A stretch of 63,393 nt of DNA, filler included, from Reticulomyxa filosa (GCA_000512085.1; 19 parts of 19 records of this genome joined end to end with filler, not necessarily neighbours in it); one strand, 5' to 3'; shown: positions 1 through 13,663, counted from the first letter of the whole stretch. Notes: generated by a model not told the origin, from the letters alone. Program-made: numbers and translations.

Positions 1-3
1 ATA

Positions 4-42
<39 letters not shown>

Positions 43-61
43 GTTTTGTTCCCTTTTGCCT

Positions 62-300
62 TTATTTTTTTTTTTTTTTTTTGGTAAAAACTGTAATGTG
101 TTGACTGGTCTCGCCATTTGAATGAGTGTTATCGTCATATCCATACGCGACAGATTTTTCGCCATCTGTCAAACTCGAATATGGAGATTGTGTATGGTGC
201 TTGTGAAACAAACAGCTCGAGTGCTCTTCGGACTTTCCGCTCTCGCCCTCCGTCTCTGTCCACGTTTCAGCATTGAGTGTGCGCACTTTTTTTTTTTTTT

Positions 301-331
<31 letters not shown>

Positions 332-807
332 AGCAAAAAAAGAACACACAATGATCTAAGCACTTTGCAATAAATATTCAAACAAACAAACAAATAAAAA
401 GGTACCAATATAGTTTTTTCGTACTTCTTCCCCTTGCTCTCCCTCTATTTCCGACTGCTTTGAAGACGACTGGGATTGAGACTGACATTGGGAATGAGAA
501 AATTTACCAACATTTTTTTAAAGAAAGAAAGAAGAAAAAAAAAAAAAAAAAAAAGTTTGTAACTCGAAAGCGAATGGTAAGTGGAGGACTTTCGGCCGCA
601 GCTTTGATGGAATTGCAAACAGTTTCGAATGTCTGACCATACAGCCACTTGTCATTCACCTGTGCAATGATCCAGTCTTTGCTCACCTTTTCCATTGCAT
701 AATTCGACACACGGCGCTCCACGCGGCAGTTGTTGCCATCCTTGCAGGGCGTTATCTCAAACCCCAATGTCCTTTCTGAAAAAATGACAAAATAGTCCTC
801 TTCTCCC

Positions 808-838
<31 letters not shown>

Positions 839-1455
839 AGATAGAGTGAGATCATTAAGTGTGGTCAATCAAGCCTTTTAATATCAGAGAAGAAAAAAAA
901 GGAAGCAACTGGTTGTGGAGGTATATAACCAAATGGCAACTGATCTTGTCGCTTTTCAGCAGTTTCAGCTACTTTGTCATTGCCAAGTCTATCTACGACG
1001 CTTTTTGGCTTCTTTTTTTTTTTTAAATTTTTTTCAAGTTTTTTAAAATTTTGTTAGGTTTTTCAATTTGTGTAATTGTTGTCTCTACATTGTCTTTATG
1101 ACTTGCAAAGGCACGTAAACCGAACCAAAAAGTGACAACAAAACCAATTTGCAACAATCACGAAAAAAAAAAATTGTTTTTTTGTTGTAGTTTTCTTGGA
1201 GCCGTTCTGGAGTAAGGAGTTCTTTCTTTTTTTGTTGTTAAAAACCGTCACTTAACACAATGTTCAATGGCTTGCAGTGCTTCGTCCACTTCAAATCCCA
1301 TTTGTAACATTTGATCAACCATACTTTTGTTTATATCCTTGGCTTGTATATTTTATTTTGGGAAATTCAAGTTCACGCTTCCCTTTTTCTCTGCTCGGGA
1401 AAGATTCTCCTCTCTCAAGGTGTTGCCCTTGCAAGCAAATTTCTGCAAACCTCCC
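62..1455 (-). CDS. Multi-exon protein with a UBA-like motif and a PDZ-like domain (model uncertain; apparent frameshift in the poly-A tract near 1013-1035)
   Basis: Exon ~563-806 reads GEEDYFVIFSERTLGFEITPCKDGNNCRVERR...WIIAQVNDKWLYGQTFETVCNSIKAAAESPPLTIRFR (PDZ-like). Exon ~1250-1340 reads KSMVDQMLQMGFEVDEALQAIEHC, plausibly spliced to VNHKDNVETTI (UBA MGF motif). Confidence 0.55.
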
Positions 1456-3430
1456 AGATTAGAACACCATCGTGTTAAAATTGGATAATTTATTTTTTTG
1501 CTTTAAGCAATTGAAGTCGGAAAAATCATATCTCTTGGAAGAAAGATATGTCGTGTGGATAACCAAAACGGTTTTTTGCGTTGTAGGGTGAAAAGACTTG
1601 AATTTATTTCAAGATGAACGATCTATTGTTACAAATATCAAGGAAAAAAATTGATAACAGCCTCCAAATCGAAAAGTAATTATATAGATAACATGTTTTT
1701 TTTTTGCAAAAGCTGCTTTGATTGAATTAACAACATTTTCTCACAATGAAAATGTTATTTGGTAATTTGAACTCAAGTGGATGGATATGCAAAAAAAACT
1801 TGTCAAAGTTTGAGTGAATTACTCTTTCACAAAATTTTGAGAAAGTGAAATAATTTCAAGGCATCTTTAAAAAATCTTTCTCACAAACAGCCAGTAGTTC
1901 AATTTTTTATTCAAAAAAAAAGACAGGAAAAACACAAAAAAAATAAAACAAGAAAAATGAATGCTCGCTTGTATTTCACAAGTTGGTTGAAGATGTTCAT
2001 AATTGAACGTTGTCAAGTCCACTAAAACGGAAAGGCCGAAGATTGAAATTTTGTTGGTTCTTTGGTTAAACACACAAACTCTTTCATCGGTCTTAATGTC
2101 AAAATCTTTCATTGCTGCTTGGCAAATCATTCGAATATTCATATAATGTCAATCACAAACATAAAAAATAAAGCCTTTTTGTGACAATTTATAGTTTCTT
2201 GACAACATTTTGTCAAGATGAACAATACCAATTAGATAAATTGAAAAGAATAATAATACTTTTTTTTTCCGAATTTTTGTTCAGACAGTTCACACAAAAC
2301 AGATGAATATTAAATCTGTTTGTGAACGCCTTGCAAATGACACACTGTCATTCAAATGTCCTATACTTATAACTGGTTCTGCATTGATGAATAAACAATT
2401 TTTTATTACTTGTCCATATTTTCATGCAACAATCACATCACAAGTATGCAAAACGATCATCTGCTGAAATAATGTAATGCCGATCAAAGATATCGATCAC
2501 TTATGTTGACAGAGTGATATCTTGGTGATGATATTGAAAAATACACTGCTAGCTTGCTTTTTTATTAGAAATTGTTTAATAATTTTTCGTCTAGCAATCA
2601 ACTGATTTGATTGTGCCATCATTCTGTCATCAATTTTTTTTAAAGATAAAATGAATAAAATAAAGTGTGATTCATGTTACATAAATAGGGCATGATCATT
2701 AATATTTTTCTGTAGACAAAAAATTATTATTTTTCAAAAAAAAATAAAAATTATATGAATAAAATTCCCTTGACTTGGGCAATAATTGGGCGTATTCTCG
2801 CCTAATAATCACAATTTTTAAATTTAATTATACCCCCCAACATCATCACGTGCAACACACTTCTTCGATTTATAAAGTCGTTTTTTGTTTTTCAACTTAG
2901 TAATTATATCTAAATGTCATAAATATCTCCAAAAATTTTTCTTTATATATATTAATGTAGACATTGTTGTTCTTCGATAATTTATCGAAGCTTATTTAAA
3001 TACAATTTAAAAACACCTTTTACATAAGTCGAAAGCATTGTGTTTTTTTTTCTATTTTACTCTAAAGCACAGCAACTGACTAACATCGACACGTAGTTTG
3101 TGTATCACAGTGCTATATTTGCTGAAAATTAAAATAAGCCATTGGCAATTAAGTGGATTATATAAATTCTGTTAGAACTCTGTTGAGTTAAAGCATTCTT
3201 ATTACTTTAATGCCAATGGGACATTTTTTTATACCACAGCAGAAACGAACAGTATTTCACAATAGTGCATATTTAAGCATTAACATCTGTTCATAACACG
3301 TTAAAAGTTTAAAAACAAAAATGTGCAATGTGAAATTGAAAAAATTTAAAAGTTGTTAGCATATGACAATCGGACAAACTATTCATTTGTGAAAACAAAA
3401 GAGGAGCAGAGAAAACGCAATGCAAAAAAT

Positions 3431-5449
3431 TTACGACTTGAAAAAAAGTTTGGATGAGTCATGAAAAGAGAGCTGTTCACTTTCTACAAGTTGACACCAT
3501 TCGAAGTACAAACTATAATATTTCGTATCAAGGCCAGCAGCAAAGACCAAGACATTGGCATATCCATCACAAGCAAAGCGTGAATTGGCAGGAAGTCCAG
3601 GAAGACAGTCTTTGATATTGTGTTCATCGACCGTGGGGAACTCAATGTAAGCCAAGACAATGTCCACCAAATCGCCAATGTAATCAAAACAAGGCAAGAG
3701 TTCTTCGTACAACTTTTCAGGTAAAAAGAAGGGTACCTTTATTTATTTGGAGGTAGCAAAACACAATCTCAATGAACAAGGTTGAATAATGCAAAAAAAA
3801 AAAAAAAAAGACAAAACAGGTTGCAAAGAAAATTTCCAAGGCTGCGTATTATTTGGCGAGGCATCATGATTTTGATGGAAGAAGACGACGCCCAAGTTAC
3901 AAATGAAAACCTGGTTGAACAGAAAAGCGTCGATGTCACCGATGAACGGAGTGACGAAGGTGTAATTGATCTTCCACGCCAACTTCATGGAAGGCACATC
4001 AAAAATGCAAATGTGTGGGTCGGTGGAACTGAACGACGCCCTTTTGGTCCCCGCAATGATCCAGTATTTGTTGTTCTTGCTTTTGTTATTGCTGTCGTTA
4101 TGTTGGCAAATCCAATGATACAGCTCGCTGTGTCCTTCTTGGTTCCACGAGTTGCTCAAACGACACGGCAAGTCATTGTTGTACCCTATCATCCGAATCT
4201 CTTCACTATTTGCAGTTTGTTTGTTGTTGTCATATGCATATGACAATATATGTATGTGCATATACATATACATATATATATATATATATATTGTATACGT
4301 ATATGTATATATTACTGGCTTTGGATATGATAACCCCAAATCCAATGTTGATTGCCTTTAGGCTGGAAATTAGGCTTGTTGATATTGTGGTTGTCGCAGG
4401 AGAAAATAACCATGTTGTACTCGCCGGTAACGTATTGTTGGTCTTCCCACACAACAAATGATTGGCGATTTTCTCGAACCGATTGTATCTCAAGTCGAGC
4501 AGATAAAAATCGTTTGCCTCATTCCTTGGCGCCATAATGTCCGCCGAAGAGATGCTCTGCGAACACAACAGCAAGTGGTCGCTTATGTAATGGGCAGTAA
4601 TGATATTGTCGTAGCTCCTCATTTCCCATTTGTGAAACGACAAGAACTTCTCCAACTCGCTACGCTCTTGGACAAGCTCTTCCGATCCATTTGTCCATTC
4701 ATCAGTCAAAACAAACAAACAAACCAAAATAAATATAAAAATTTCATTTTTATATTTATTTGGTTTGTTTGTTTGTTTTGACTGATGAACGAATATAATA
4801 TATATGTATATGTATACGTATATATGTATACATATATATATATATAGTATATATACATACATAGGAAATAACTTGTCGGAATCAATGGCAATGTAATGAA
4901 TATACATATGGATTCGAAAATCAACAAATGCTCACATTTCGGACTAAACAGAAACAACTTGCGATTGGTGCTTGAATAATTAACTACTCTCCATGTCACG
5001 TGCAGACAAGAGTTGGAATGACGATCCACAAGGGTCAATATCAAATCGTAAAAAAAAAAAGCGTATTCGTTTGGCTCTTTTGTGTCAATGTATTGGTCCA
5101 ATGGTACTTCTTGGAAAAAATCATTTCCTTTTTTTGATCCTGTTCCCGATTCGTGCACCCCACGGGACACAACACACCAATATGCAGACACTTCTTTCTG
5201 ATTGTATCGCTTGTCAATCTGCATTTTTATCACTTCATGTCTTGTTGTTGCCATCGACAATTTGTCTGGCAATGTGCAAATGCCAAACCCTACCGCATCT
5301 TTGTTGTGTTGCACTCTTGAATACTCCGTTGATATCTCTGTTAAGTACAATGTCAGAGGCTCGGCTTGACGGGTATTTAATAAATGAGTATTATCTGAGC
5401 TTTCACGTTTTTGAAGAACTTCATTATTATGACTAGTGCTTATGCCCAT
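3431..5449 (-). CDS. Multi-exon hypothetical protein, possibly N-myristoylated (MGISTS); may carry lesions
   Basis: Series of protein-like minus-strand ORFs (4706-5449, 4230-4907, 3743-4345, 3431-3712) separated by (TA)n/(TATG)n or poly-T introns. No family recognised. Confidence 0.5.
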
Positions 5450-5852
5450 TTGAAGATTTTATATTTGCTTATATTTCTTGGGTTCGTGTATGAAACAAAA
5501 AAAACTATCTTGCTAATTTGTCTAGACAAACTGTTTAACAGATATTTGTCTAACTCTTGAACAAATTTGGGAACGCATGTTTCAATTTGGTTCTACTTTG
5601 GGATTTAATTTAAAGGAGTGACTGATGTTTTCAAGAAAACGTCTTTTGTACAATTTATCGAGCGAAGGTTTTAATTTGATCCAAATGTCTGTCTGATTCG
5701 TCGTTATCATGATGTGTTTATCAGATTTTTGTGGCTATTTGGCTTTGGTAGCATTGATTAACTATAAAAAATCCTTATCTAGACCTCACTTTACTGTTGT
5801 TCGAAGGTGTTATACCCTTCTTTGAAAAAGTTCTTAATCGGCATTATATGCA

Positions 5853-7505
5853 ATGTATATCAAAGAAATCAGACTAGAAGGATTCAAATCTTACAAAAAA
5901 CCAACAGTGATTCAGCTTCATAAAGGGCTGAATGTCATCGGTAAGATGTACGTGTTTCTTTTGTTAAAAAAAGGCCGGGAACACAAGCGTTTTTTGATCG
6001 GGTGTAGTTGGCAAAAACGGTGCTGGCAAATCAAATATCTTTGCAGGTGATAATGTGTTAATTTTTTTTTTTTTTACTATGTTTTTTGAATGGGACAATA
6101 ACGCGTTGTGATTTTTTGCTTGGATTGGTTTCTTGTGTTCCAGCAATTGAATTTGTGCTAACAAATAAATACAAGACATTGCCACAACAACAAAGAAAGG
6201 AGTTATTACATGTTAGCGTGTACTTTTTCATCAATATTTTTTTTTTTTTTTTGCAAAAAAAAAGCACCCAATCGGTTTTTTTTTTTTTTTAAGTTGGTTG
6301 ATCGAATCATTCGGAGATAAAAACAGAAAATGATTGGGTGAAAACAGGAAGCAGGCCAAAGCAATGTAGTATCTGCTTACGTGGAGCTCATAATCGATAA
6401 CTCTGAAAACCGTATTCCAGTGTGTAGGAAAAAAAAAAAAAAGAGTGTGGAGGAGGAGGGAGAGAAAAAAAGATGAGTGGGTGAAAGTTGTATGTATGTT
6501 TAAAAAAAAAAAAAATTAATACTTCTTTGATATCTGTCTGTTTTTTGATTGGTTGCAAAAAAAAAAAAAAAAAAAAAAAAAAGATTGGTTTTGTGATACG
6601 AATTGACGAAACAGATAAGCACGAGTGAAATATCAATCAAAAGGACGATAGGTCTGAAGAAAGACGAGTACTTTTTGAACACGAAGCACACGAACAAGAC
6701 GGAGATCGACAGCATCCTCGAGTCGGCGGGTATCCCGAGAGGCAACCCGCACAACATTGTAGGACAGGGAAAGATCCGCGACATTTGCAAGAAGAAGGAC
6801 GTAGAAAGACTGGACATGATCAAGGACCTGGCAGGGACGATTGTGTGGGACGAGCGAAAGAAGGAGAGCATGAAGATAATGACGTCAGCGGAGAGCTCGA
6901 GAGAGAAGGTGACACACGTGATGGAGTTTATCGACCAGCGAATCGCACAATTGGAAGAGGAATTGGTGGAGTACAAAGAATTTGAGGCGCTGGACAAAAA
7001 AAGCGAGCAGTGGAGTATTGTCTGTACGACAAAGAAAAGCAACAGACACAAAAAGAATTGGAACGCTTGGAGAAAGAATTGGAAGCGAAACAACAGGCGG
7101 CAAAAGGTAATACGATTGGCGACGGCACGACGACGACGACGACGATGACAAGTCATGAGCAAGTTGATGCAAGTGCAGAAGACGCACGGAGAGAAACACA
7201 TCCAACTACAGCAGTGCGCGGAGACCAAGAAGAACCTATCACTCAAGCTGCCCTTAGTCACGGCAGAGCGCACCAACGTGTTGCGTCGAATCCAAAATCT
7301 GAAGCAGAAGCAGCAGCAGTTGGAATCCAGTGTCGACAACAACCAATCGCAGGTCGAAAAGTACTCGGGCGAGCTGCAAGCCATCGAAGCGCGCATCCAA
7401 GACGAGCAAGGCAAGTTGAACGACGTCTTGCCGGTCTTTGATACCTGCAATGCAAAAGTGCAAGACTTGGAAAAGCAGATTGATTCTTTGCAAACACGAA
7501 ACAGG
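5853..7505 (+). CDS. SMC3: Cohesin subunit SMC3, N-terminal part (3' truncated by contig end)
   Basis: Spliced product MYIKEIRLEGFKSYK...VI|VGKNGAGKSNIFA|AIEFVL...|...SAYVELIIDNSENRIP|ISTSEISIKRTIGLKKDEYFLN...NPHNIVGQGKI...LAGTIVWDERKKES, then coiled coil. Contains Walker A, Q-loop and the SMC3-type TIGLKKDEY motif. One-base frameshift at the A7 run 6996-7002. Confidence 0.88.
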
Positions 7506-7519
7506 TAAGTTTATTATCA

Positions 7520-7619
7520 NNNNNNNNNNNNNNNNNNNNNNNNNNNNNNNNNNNNNNNNNNNNTTAATTAATTAANNNNNNNNNNNNNNNNNNNNNNNNN
7601 NNNNNNNNNNNNNNNNNNN
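7520..7619. other. Artificial contig linker (44 N + TTAATTAATTAA + 44 N); first of 18
   Basis: Identical 100-bp spacer with stops in all six frames. Also at 12241-12340, 13490-13589, 28936-29035, 30169-30268, 31673-31772, 32820-32919, 34975-35074, 38364-38463, 39769-39868, 44150-44249, 49276-49375, 51317-51416, 53178-53277, 54484-54583, 57267-57366, 59746-59845, 62018-62117. Confidence 0.97.
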
Positions 7620-7675
7620 TCCCAAAAAAAAAAAAAAAAAAAAAACTATTGTTTGGTTGGGTAATGCTTGTGAAG

Positions 7676-8564
7676 CTGTTCTTACTGACGAACACCAGCT
7701 ACAAGCTGATTCGCTCAGCGTGTGAATATTTGCTGGAAGATGTGGTGAAGGAACTGGGACTAAAAGACTGGCACGCCATATTTGATTGGATCATTGTGCA
7801 AGCAAAAAAGCCGTCATGGTTTAATGTGCCCAATCGTCCATTTCGAGAATTTGACTTGAACACGGAACAGTTTGTGTTGTCTCACGTCAAAGAGATGAAA
7901 AAAAATCGAGTGTATTTTGGGGGTTGTTTGAATGAGTTCAATCAAATGACCGGGTTACAATCCCACGAAGTTTTATACTTTGGGGACAATGTCACGAGTG
8001 ATTTGACAGGTCCATTTAAAGCCGGGCAATGGAAAACGTGTGGAATTGTTCGAGAATTGGAAAAAGAGGTATCCGTCAATAATAACCCTGTTTTCGTATC
8101 CATGCTATTGCAAATTTTGGATATTGAAAACCTGTTACACGATGCACAAGTTGAGTAAGATTGCGTTGGATGTATAATCCTCCTCACAACAAAGTCAAAC
8201 ACTAATTTTGCTTACTAGTTAAAAAAAAATTGTGTAACATTACGCATTCGTATTTACAAAAAAAAAAAAAAAGCATCTAAAAGATCCCAATTCAATGGCC
8301 ATATTAAACTCATTGCGTGAAGCACGACATGACTTAAGAGACAAAATGAAACGTATTTACAATACACAATTTGGCAGTATTTTTAGAACGCATTCTACTC
8401 GTACACTTTATTTCCATTTCCTTGCAAGGTATAGTGACTTGTATACCAGTCGAGTAACTAATATGTTGCAGTACGATATGGGTCACTGTTTTCAGCCAAG
8501 AAGGTCTTTTTATGATCACGAACCCAATTATTGGATGCCTGATGCTGCTGATCACTCACTTTAA
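7676..8564 (+). CDS. HAD-superfamily 5'-nucleotidase (cN-II/NT5DC family), C-terminal part
   Basis: LFLLTNT (motif II), FDWIIVQAKKPSWF (motif III), VLYFGDNVTSDL (motif IV), WKTCGIVRELEKE, and C-terminal FGSIFRT...LARYSDLYTS. One intron at ~8155-8272. Confidence 0.9.
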
Positions 8565-8980
8565 AATCCAATGACTTGTTTTGTTTTTTTTTGCTTTTGC
8601 CCTTGCCTTACTTTCTTGCTGTTGGTTGTGAAACAATCTTTCCATTCATTTTATCTCTGCTCTCTTACGTGTGGATATCTTTTTTTGTGGCTTGTTGATC
8701 AATGTATTATTCTCTTATTTTATTATTTTTTTTTTTGACCCGTTGTTAGCACATTTATGGTTTTAATGTAGTGCGATGATGAATCAATAGAACAAATTTA
8801 ACGCCCCGCACTGGTGCTATTGTCTAGTTGTTGACATGATTTTTTTTGTAGGTTAAAAGAAAAATATCAAAGTTTCATTGTAAACTAGTCAAAGATGAAA
8901 AAAGAAAAACTTTAAACGAGTGTGAATAAACAAAGGCACCTCAAAATAAGAATGTTTGTTGTAGTTATATTTAAAAAATT

Positions 8981-10159
8981 TCATTTGGCAGAAGACGCAA
9001 AACCACACTTAATAGCATCACAAATGACTTTCATTTGTGTGTTACTGTCTTCTTTATACTTATTTGCCATTGAATCTAGACACCACTGTGGCAACGTGAT
9101 AAGTGGGCTAACATAAAGCCTTTTGACAAACAGGCACTTTGATCGTGTCCTCTTATCCTTATCCACGTTATCTTCATTTTTGTCTTTCTCATTTGCATTA
9201 TTATCAGAAGGTGTGGTTGAATCGGTTTGGGATTGTTCGACAATTTGAGACAATTCATCCTATTATTGATTGTTATTTTTCTAAGTAATAAAAATGTCAT
9301 GAGATCAAAGGTATTTGTTTCAATGAAAAAGTGGCAAAGAATAAATTATACATACAACAGCAACAGTCCATCGCATGGTAGTATTTTCTACGATAGATAT
9401 CGCTTGTTTGTACTTCCAATCAACTCTCCATTCTTCGTGAGCTTCCAACAACATGTTCAGAACAGTACACCACGAATTGATCGATTGTGTCCAAGCTTGC
9501 TTGTCTCCAAATGAATGCATCCAATCACCCCATGAAGACAACGACAACCACCCACCTTGGCTTGCATCCTTTTTTGCTTCCACCTGTGTGCACCACGTTT
9601 TTGATGTGGCTCAACAAGGTCCCTTTGGTCACACAAAAATTTCCGGAAATTTTTTTTAATTTTTTTGTTTTCCCTTGCATTGCATGATTTTGTTTTGTTT
9701 TGTCACCTTTTGGGTTGAATTGGATTCATTGTTTTCATTTTGGTATTTGTCGATCTCTTTAGAACTCAACAGCGGCAGCAATGTCACGTCGTAAGTCCAT
9801 GTTTCTCTTTGGTTATTGTCCTTATCGGCTATTGCCTTTGTCAGCTTCCGTTTCGCCATTGTAGTTTGATTGCGGAAGTACAATGGCAAGTCGTTAACAT
9901 CGTCAAATACCATTTGTCTAAATACCTTCAAGATATCCTCCAATGAATATGGTAATTCATAATGCAACTCAATGGTTGGTGACTTTTTCGTTGCGTCGTA
10001 ACTCAAAAATTGTTCAGATTCGACATTGATCAGATTCGTCACTGTCTTTGGGTCACTAGCAAAACTTACTATCCGAGTAGGCACGGGTACCAAAATTTGT
10101 GAATTTCTACTGACAGTCTCAGATTTTTCATCTTTCTCGTCTTTAATCAATATAGACAT
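8981..10159 (-). CDS. PRELI/MSF1-like (START-fold) lipid-transfer-like protein, 3 exons, ~319 aa
   Basis: In-phase exons 10159-9707, 9583-9356, 9259-8981. ELHYELPYSLEDILKVF and EEWRVDWKYKQAISIVENTTMRWTVAVDELS resemble conserved PRELI blocks. Confidence 0.5.
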
Positions 10160-10799
10160 GCCTGCAAAAGGTTGTCAATCACTTTATACTCACAATTTCT
10201 GGCAAACGTTTGTCAAAAAAAAGTTGTAAACCAAAAGCTTCCTAATTTACTGCTGGAATTTCTTGTTACTATAATTTTTTTATTGGTCAATTGTTTATAG
10301 CTACTCGGAAGCGAGTATTCACAAATTAGCCAGTGAATAACAGCTCTGAAATAAATCAATACTATTGGACCAAAGTTATTTCAAGTAATAATGATGCTTT
10401 TGACAAGACTCTTGATTTTTGGCCTTTGTTGTATTAAAACTGGGCAAAAAAGCTACAAGCATACAACGAGTCTGTCAATTTAAAAGGTTTTATTGATAAA
10501 ACATTGTTAAAAGATTACATTCACACATAACATATTTAAACATTTTAAAATTTAAAGTAATTGTATCCATTTTAAATGTGTTGACATAGATAATTCCGTT
10601 GTGATAAATATTTGCAAGTTAGAAAAGTAAAAAGTATCATTACCAAAGTCGATGGCCAAAATGGATTTAAAGGTGAGAAAATATAATAGAATTTCAAATG
10701 AAAGTTTCAGAACAGAAGTTTACAACAATTGGACAATATCAGATCAGAGCAAGAAAGAAACAGAAGAGTAAACGAAAATTGTATTAATCGAGGCAAAAG

Positions 10800-12202
10800 A
10801 AAGAATGTTGCTGACAAAAACGGAAAAAGGGTTTTGGATGATGAAGAGAGGTCAGCGCAATGAGAGGGAAGATTTTTTTTTTTACTTGTTTCCAATTCAA
10901 AAACTTTCAAACTACGATATATTGTTAGCAAAGAAGAGTGATGATGTATGTGGAAAGGAGCCAAATCAAATATAAATCCCACGAATTCTGAAATTATCGG
11001 CAATGATGAGTCTGCCAGAGACGCTGTCAAAAATGACTGTACAGAAGCCTAAAGGTATTCCGCCTTTGTCTTTAAAAGTTTCTCGCAAACAAACCCTATG
11101 TGTTCTTCTCCACAACTTTTGGGTTGGTTCAAAGCGATAAAAGACATAGTTTTCTAATAACAAATATACACTATCATAAAACTTATCAACGGCGAATCCG
11201 TTGATACGATATTCCAAGTCTTTTTTTTCCATTTCCAAATGTGCAGCAAATTTGACTTCAAAATCGGGGCATTTTTTGCCTTTCGATGGCGCGCTTTCAT
11301 TTGATTGTGTTGTTGTTGTTGCTCCTGCTGTGACGATGACTGCTTCTTCTTTTTTTTTTTACGATTTTTTTTTTTTCTTCTTGGGGTTCTCTGAAGATGA
11401 TTTGTTTTCGCTATCTGACCATGCGTTCTCCATTTCCGATGACTCGTCTTTGTCAAACAATTTGTCAATGTCCACACAATACACATTTAAATAGTAATAT
11501 TTTATCGGTCCATTTCGTACTTCGTCTTGATCGGTGAACCAGAGTTGATTTTTATAAACATTTAGATATAATTCTATTTTTATTTTTTTGGGGGGAGGGG
11601 GAAAAAAAAAGGGGGCTCTTATTTGCAGATAATATAAACATATAAATATACATGCCCATATGTATATAATATATACATGTATATACATATATACATATGT
11701 GTACATATACATACATGCATATATACGTGTTTATAGGTATGTAAACAAAAAAAAATTAAAAATGAAAAAAAATAAAAAAAAATAAAAAAAAGTGAAACTG
11801 GCAGAGCCTCGAAAATGTTCGCTCGGAAAAATAGGCAATTTATAAAAGTGGTTGAGTTCGTAGAGAGTTCGGAAGTCGTGCCATTTGTTCCATTGGTATT
11901 TGTACACATGATGCGTGTCGTACACGTACTGTGTGTTGACCAGCTTCGAGTGCTCCAAATCCACGTGGTAGACTTTTTTCATGTCGTTATTTAGCAAGAC
12001 CAATAGATGCGTCCCGCTGTTGTTCCAGCACATGTCTGTTATTTGATGTGTGAACGATTCCAAGGTTAGATACTTTGCCGATGACACTTTCGACTTTGTG
12101 GTCGACGTCGATTTTAGTTGAAATTTGAACTTTAATTTGTTTTTTGTTTTATTGTCATTTGTGTTGCCATTGCTATTATTATTATTATTATTATCATTAT
12201 CA

Positions 12203-12240
<38 letters not shown>
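10800..12240 (-). CDS. Hypothetical beta-propeller-like protein, partial, multi-exon
   Basis: Blade-like segments HQITDMCWNNSGTHLLVLL, QLWFTDQ, INGFAVDKFYDSVYLL, VIFDSVSGRLIIADN, interrupted by microsatellite introns and poly-A tracts. Confidence 0.45.
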
Positions 12241-13589
12241 NNNNNNNNNNNNNNNNNNNNNNNNNNNNNNNNNNNNNNNNNNNNTTAATTAATTAANNNN
12301 NNNNNNNNNNNNNNNNNNNNNNNNNNNNNNNNNNNNNNNNTTTTTCATGGAGAAAATCAATTGTCATCATAAGATATGTTTTAGACTTCTTGCATTGCAA
12401 ATTTCAACAGAAACTGCAAAATAACAATGGTCTCTTTTGATCTGGACATGAGATTTCAACCCAACACGATTCATAACGATGATATATTTTTTTTTTAAAT
12501 ACTTTCAAATTACTAAAAAAGAATTTTTTTTTTAACTAGTAAAATTTTTTTTTTTGTTATCGTGATAAAAAATCTTTTTTACTAGTTGAAAACTTTCATA
12601 TATCTGATATTACGATTTTGCGCGAGATCAGATATATACAAGATAACAAACGAAACACCCAAAATGAGCAGTCGAAACAAAATAATATTAACAACTTTTC
12701 TATTAAATAAGCCGAAATGTCAACATTCACATGCTTTTCTTTAATAATAAGTGTTTAAATTTTATTTTGTTTTAGTTTGCTTTAATTTGTTAAAGATGTG
12801 AATTGAATCTCAATATTTCCCTGAGACTTTAACACTTCGAAAACAAGGCTCAGATGATTCAGTTGAGCATTAGCATTGCTCCTGTAATTCCTCTGACCAT
12901 TCCACAGTGAAGAGCCAAATTTGTTTTCACAACCGTTGATTGATCTCGCCGTACAACCTTTGAGATTTATTTGTTTTTTTGATATTTTAAAGATTAAATT
13001 AAAACTTAAAATTGTTTTTTTTCACTTATTGTTGATTTTGTGTGAATTTTTGATATGTTTTGTTGATCTTTTCCTTTTTTTGTTTGTTTTCATTAGAGTA
13101 CTATGTTCCTTTTGTGACGAGGTGCTCATTTTAACTTGGATAAGATCCCCGAAAATAAATTGCAACAAAAGACGTTGCCAAAAACAATAACAAAAGGGAA
13201 GAAGTCACACTCCGATCACAATATTACAAAATCCATATCACTAAAAAAAAAATTTCACTAGTTGAAATTTCTTCTGATTTTGTCTTGCGATATCTGGTGG
13301 TTTGAATTGTCGATGTTTTCATGATCTTTCGATATCTTTCGAAATATCTAGTTTATATTGCTTTGCTTTCTAGACCTTGGTAATCTTTCACGATGATCGT
13401 CTATGATGATAATATAGATTTTTTTTTAGTGTATGATAAGGATAACAAGCCCTTTGAAAATAACCTCCACAAATGATGAGTTTGTGTTTNNNNNNNNNNN
13501 NNNNNNNNNNNNNNNNNNNNNNNNNNNNNNNNNTTAATTAATTAANNNNNNNNNNNNNNNNNNNNNNNNNNNNNNNNNNNNNNNNNNNN

Positions 13590-13629
13590 GTATAACAGTC
13601 TGGCTTGGTAATATCATATTGTGTTTGCT

Positions 13630-13663
<34 letters not shown>

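Noticed and set aside
930-1040. Possible TAA/TAG-to-Gln genetic code reassignment (in-frame stops here and at 30501, 30681)
   Set aside because: RRM1, IDH, the mannosidase and the vWA gene end at TAA and have no internal stops in conserved exons; here another frame (KSVVDRLG...YIPPQP|GEEDY) gives a clean model.
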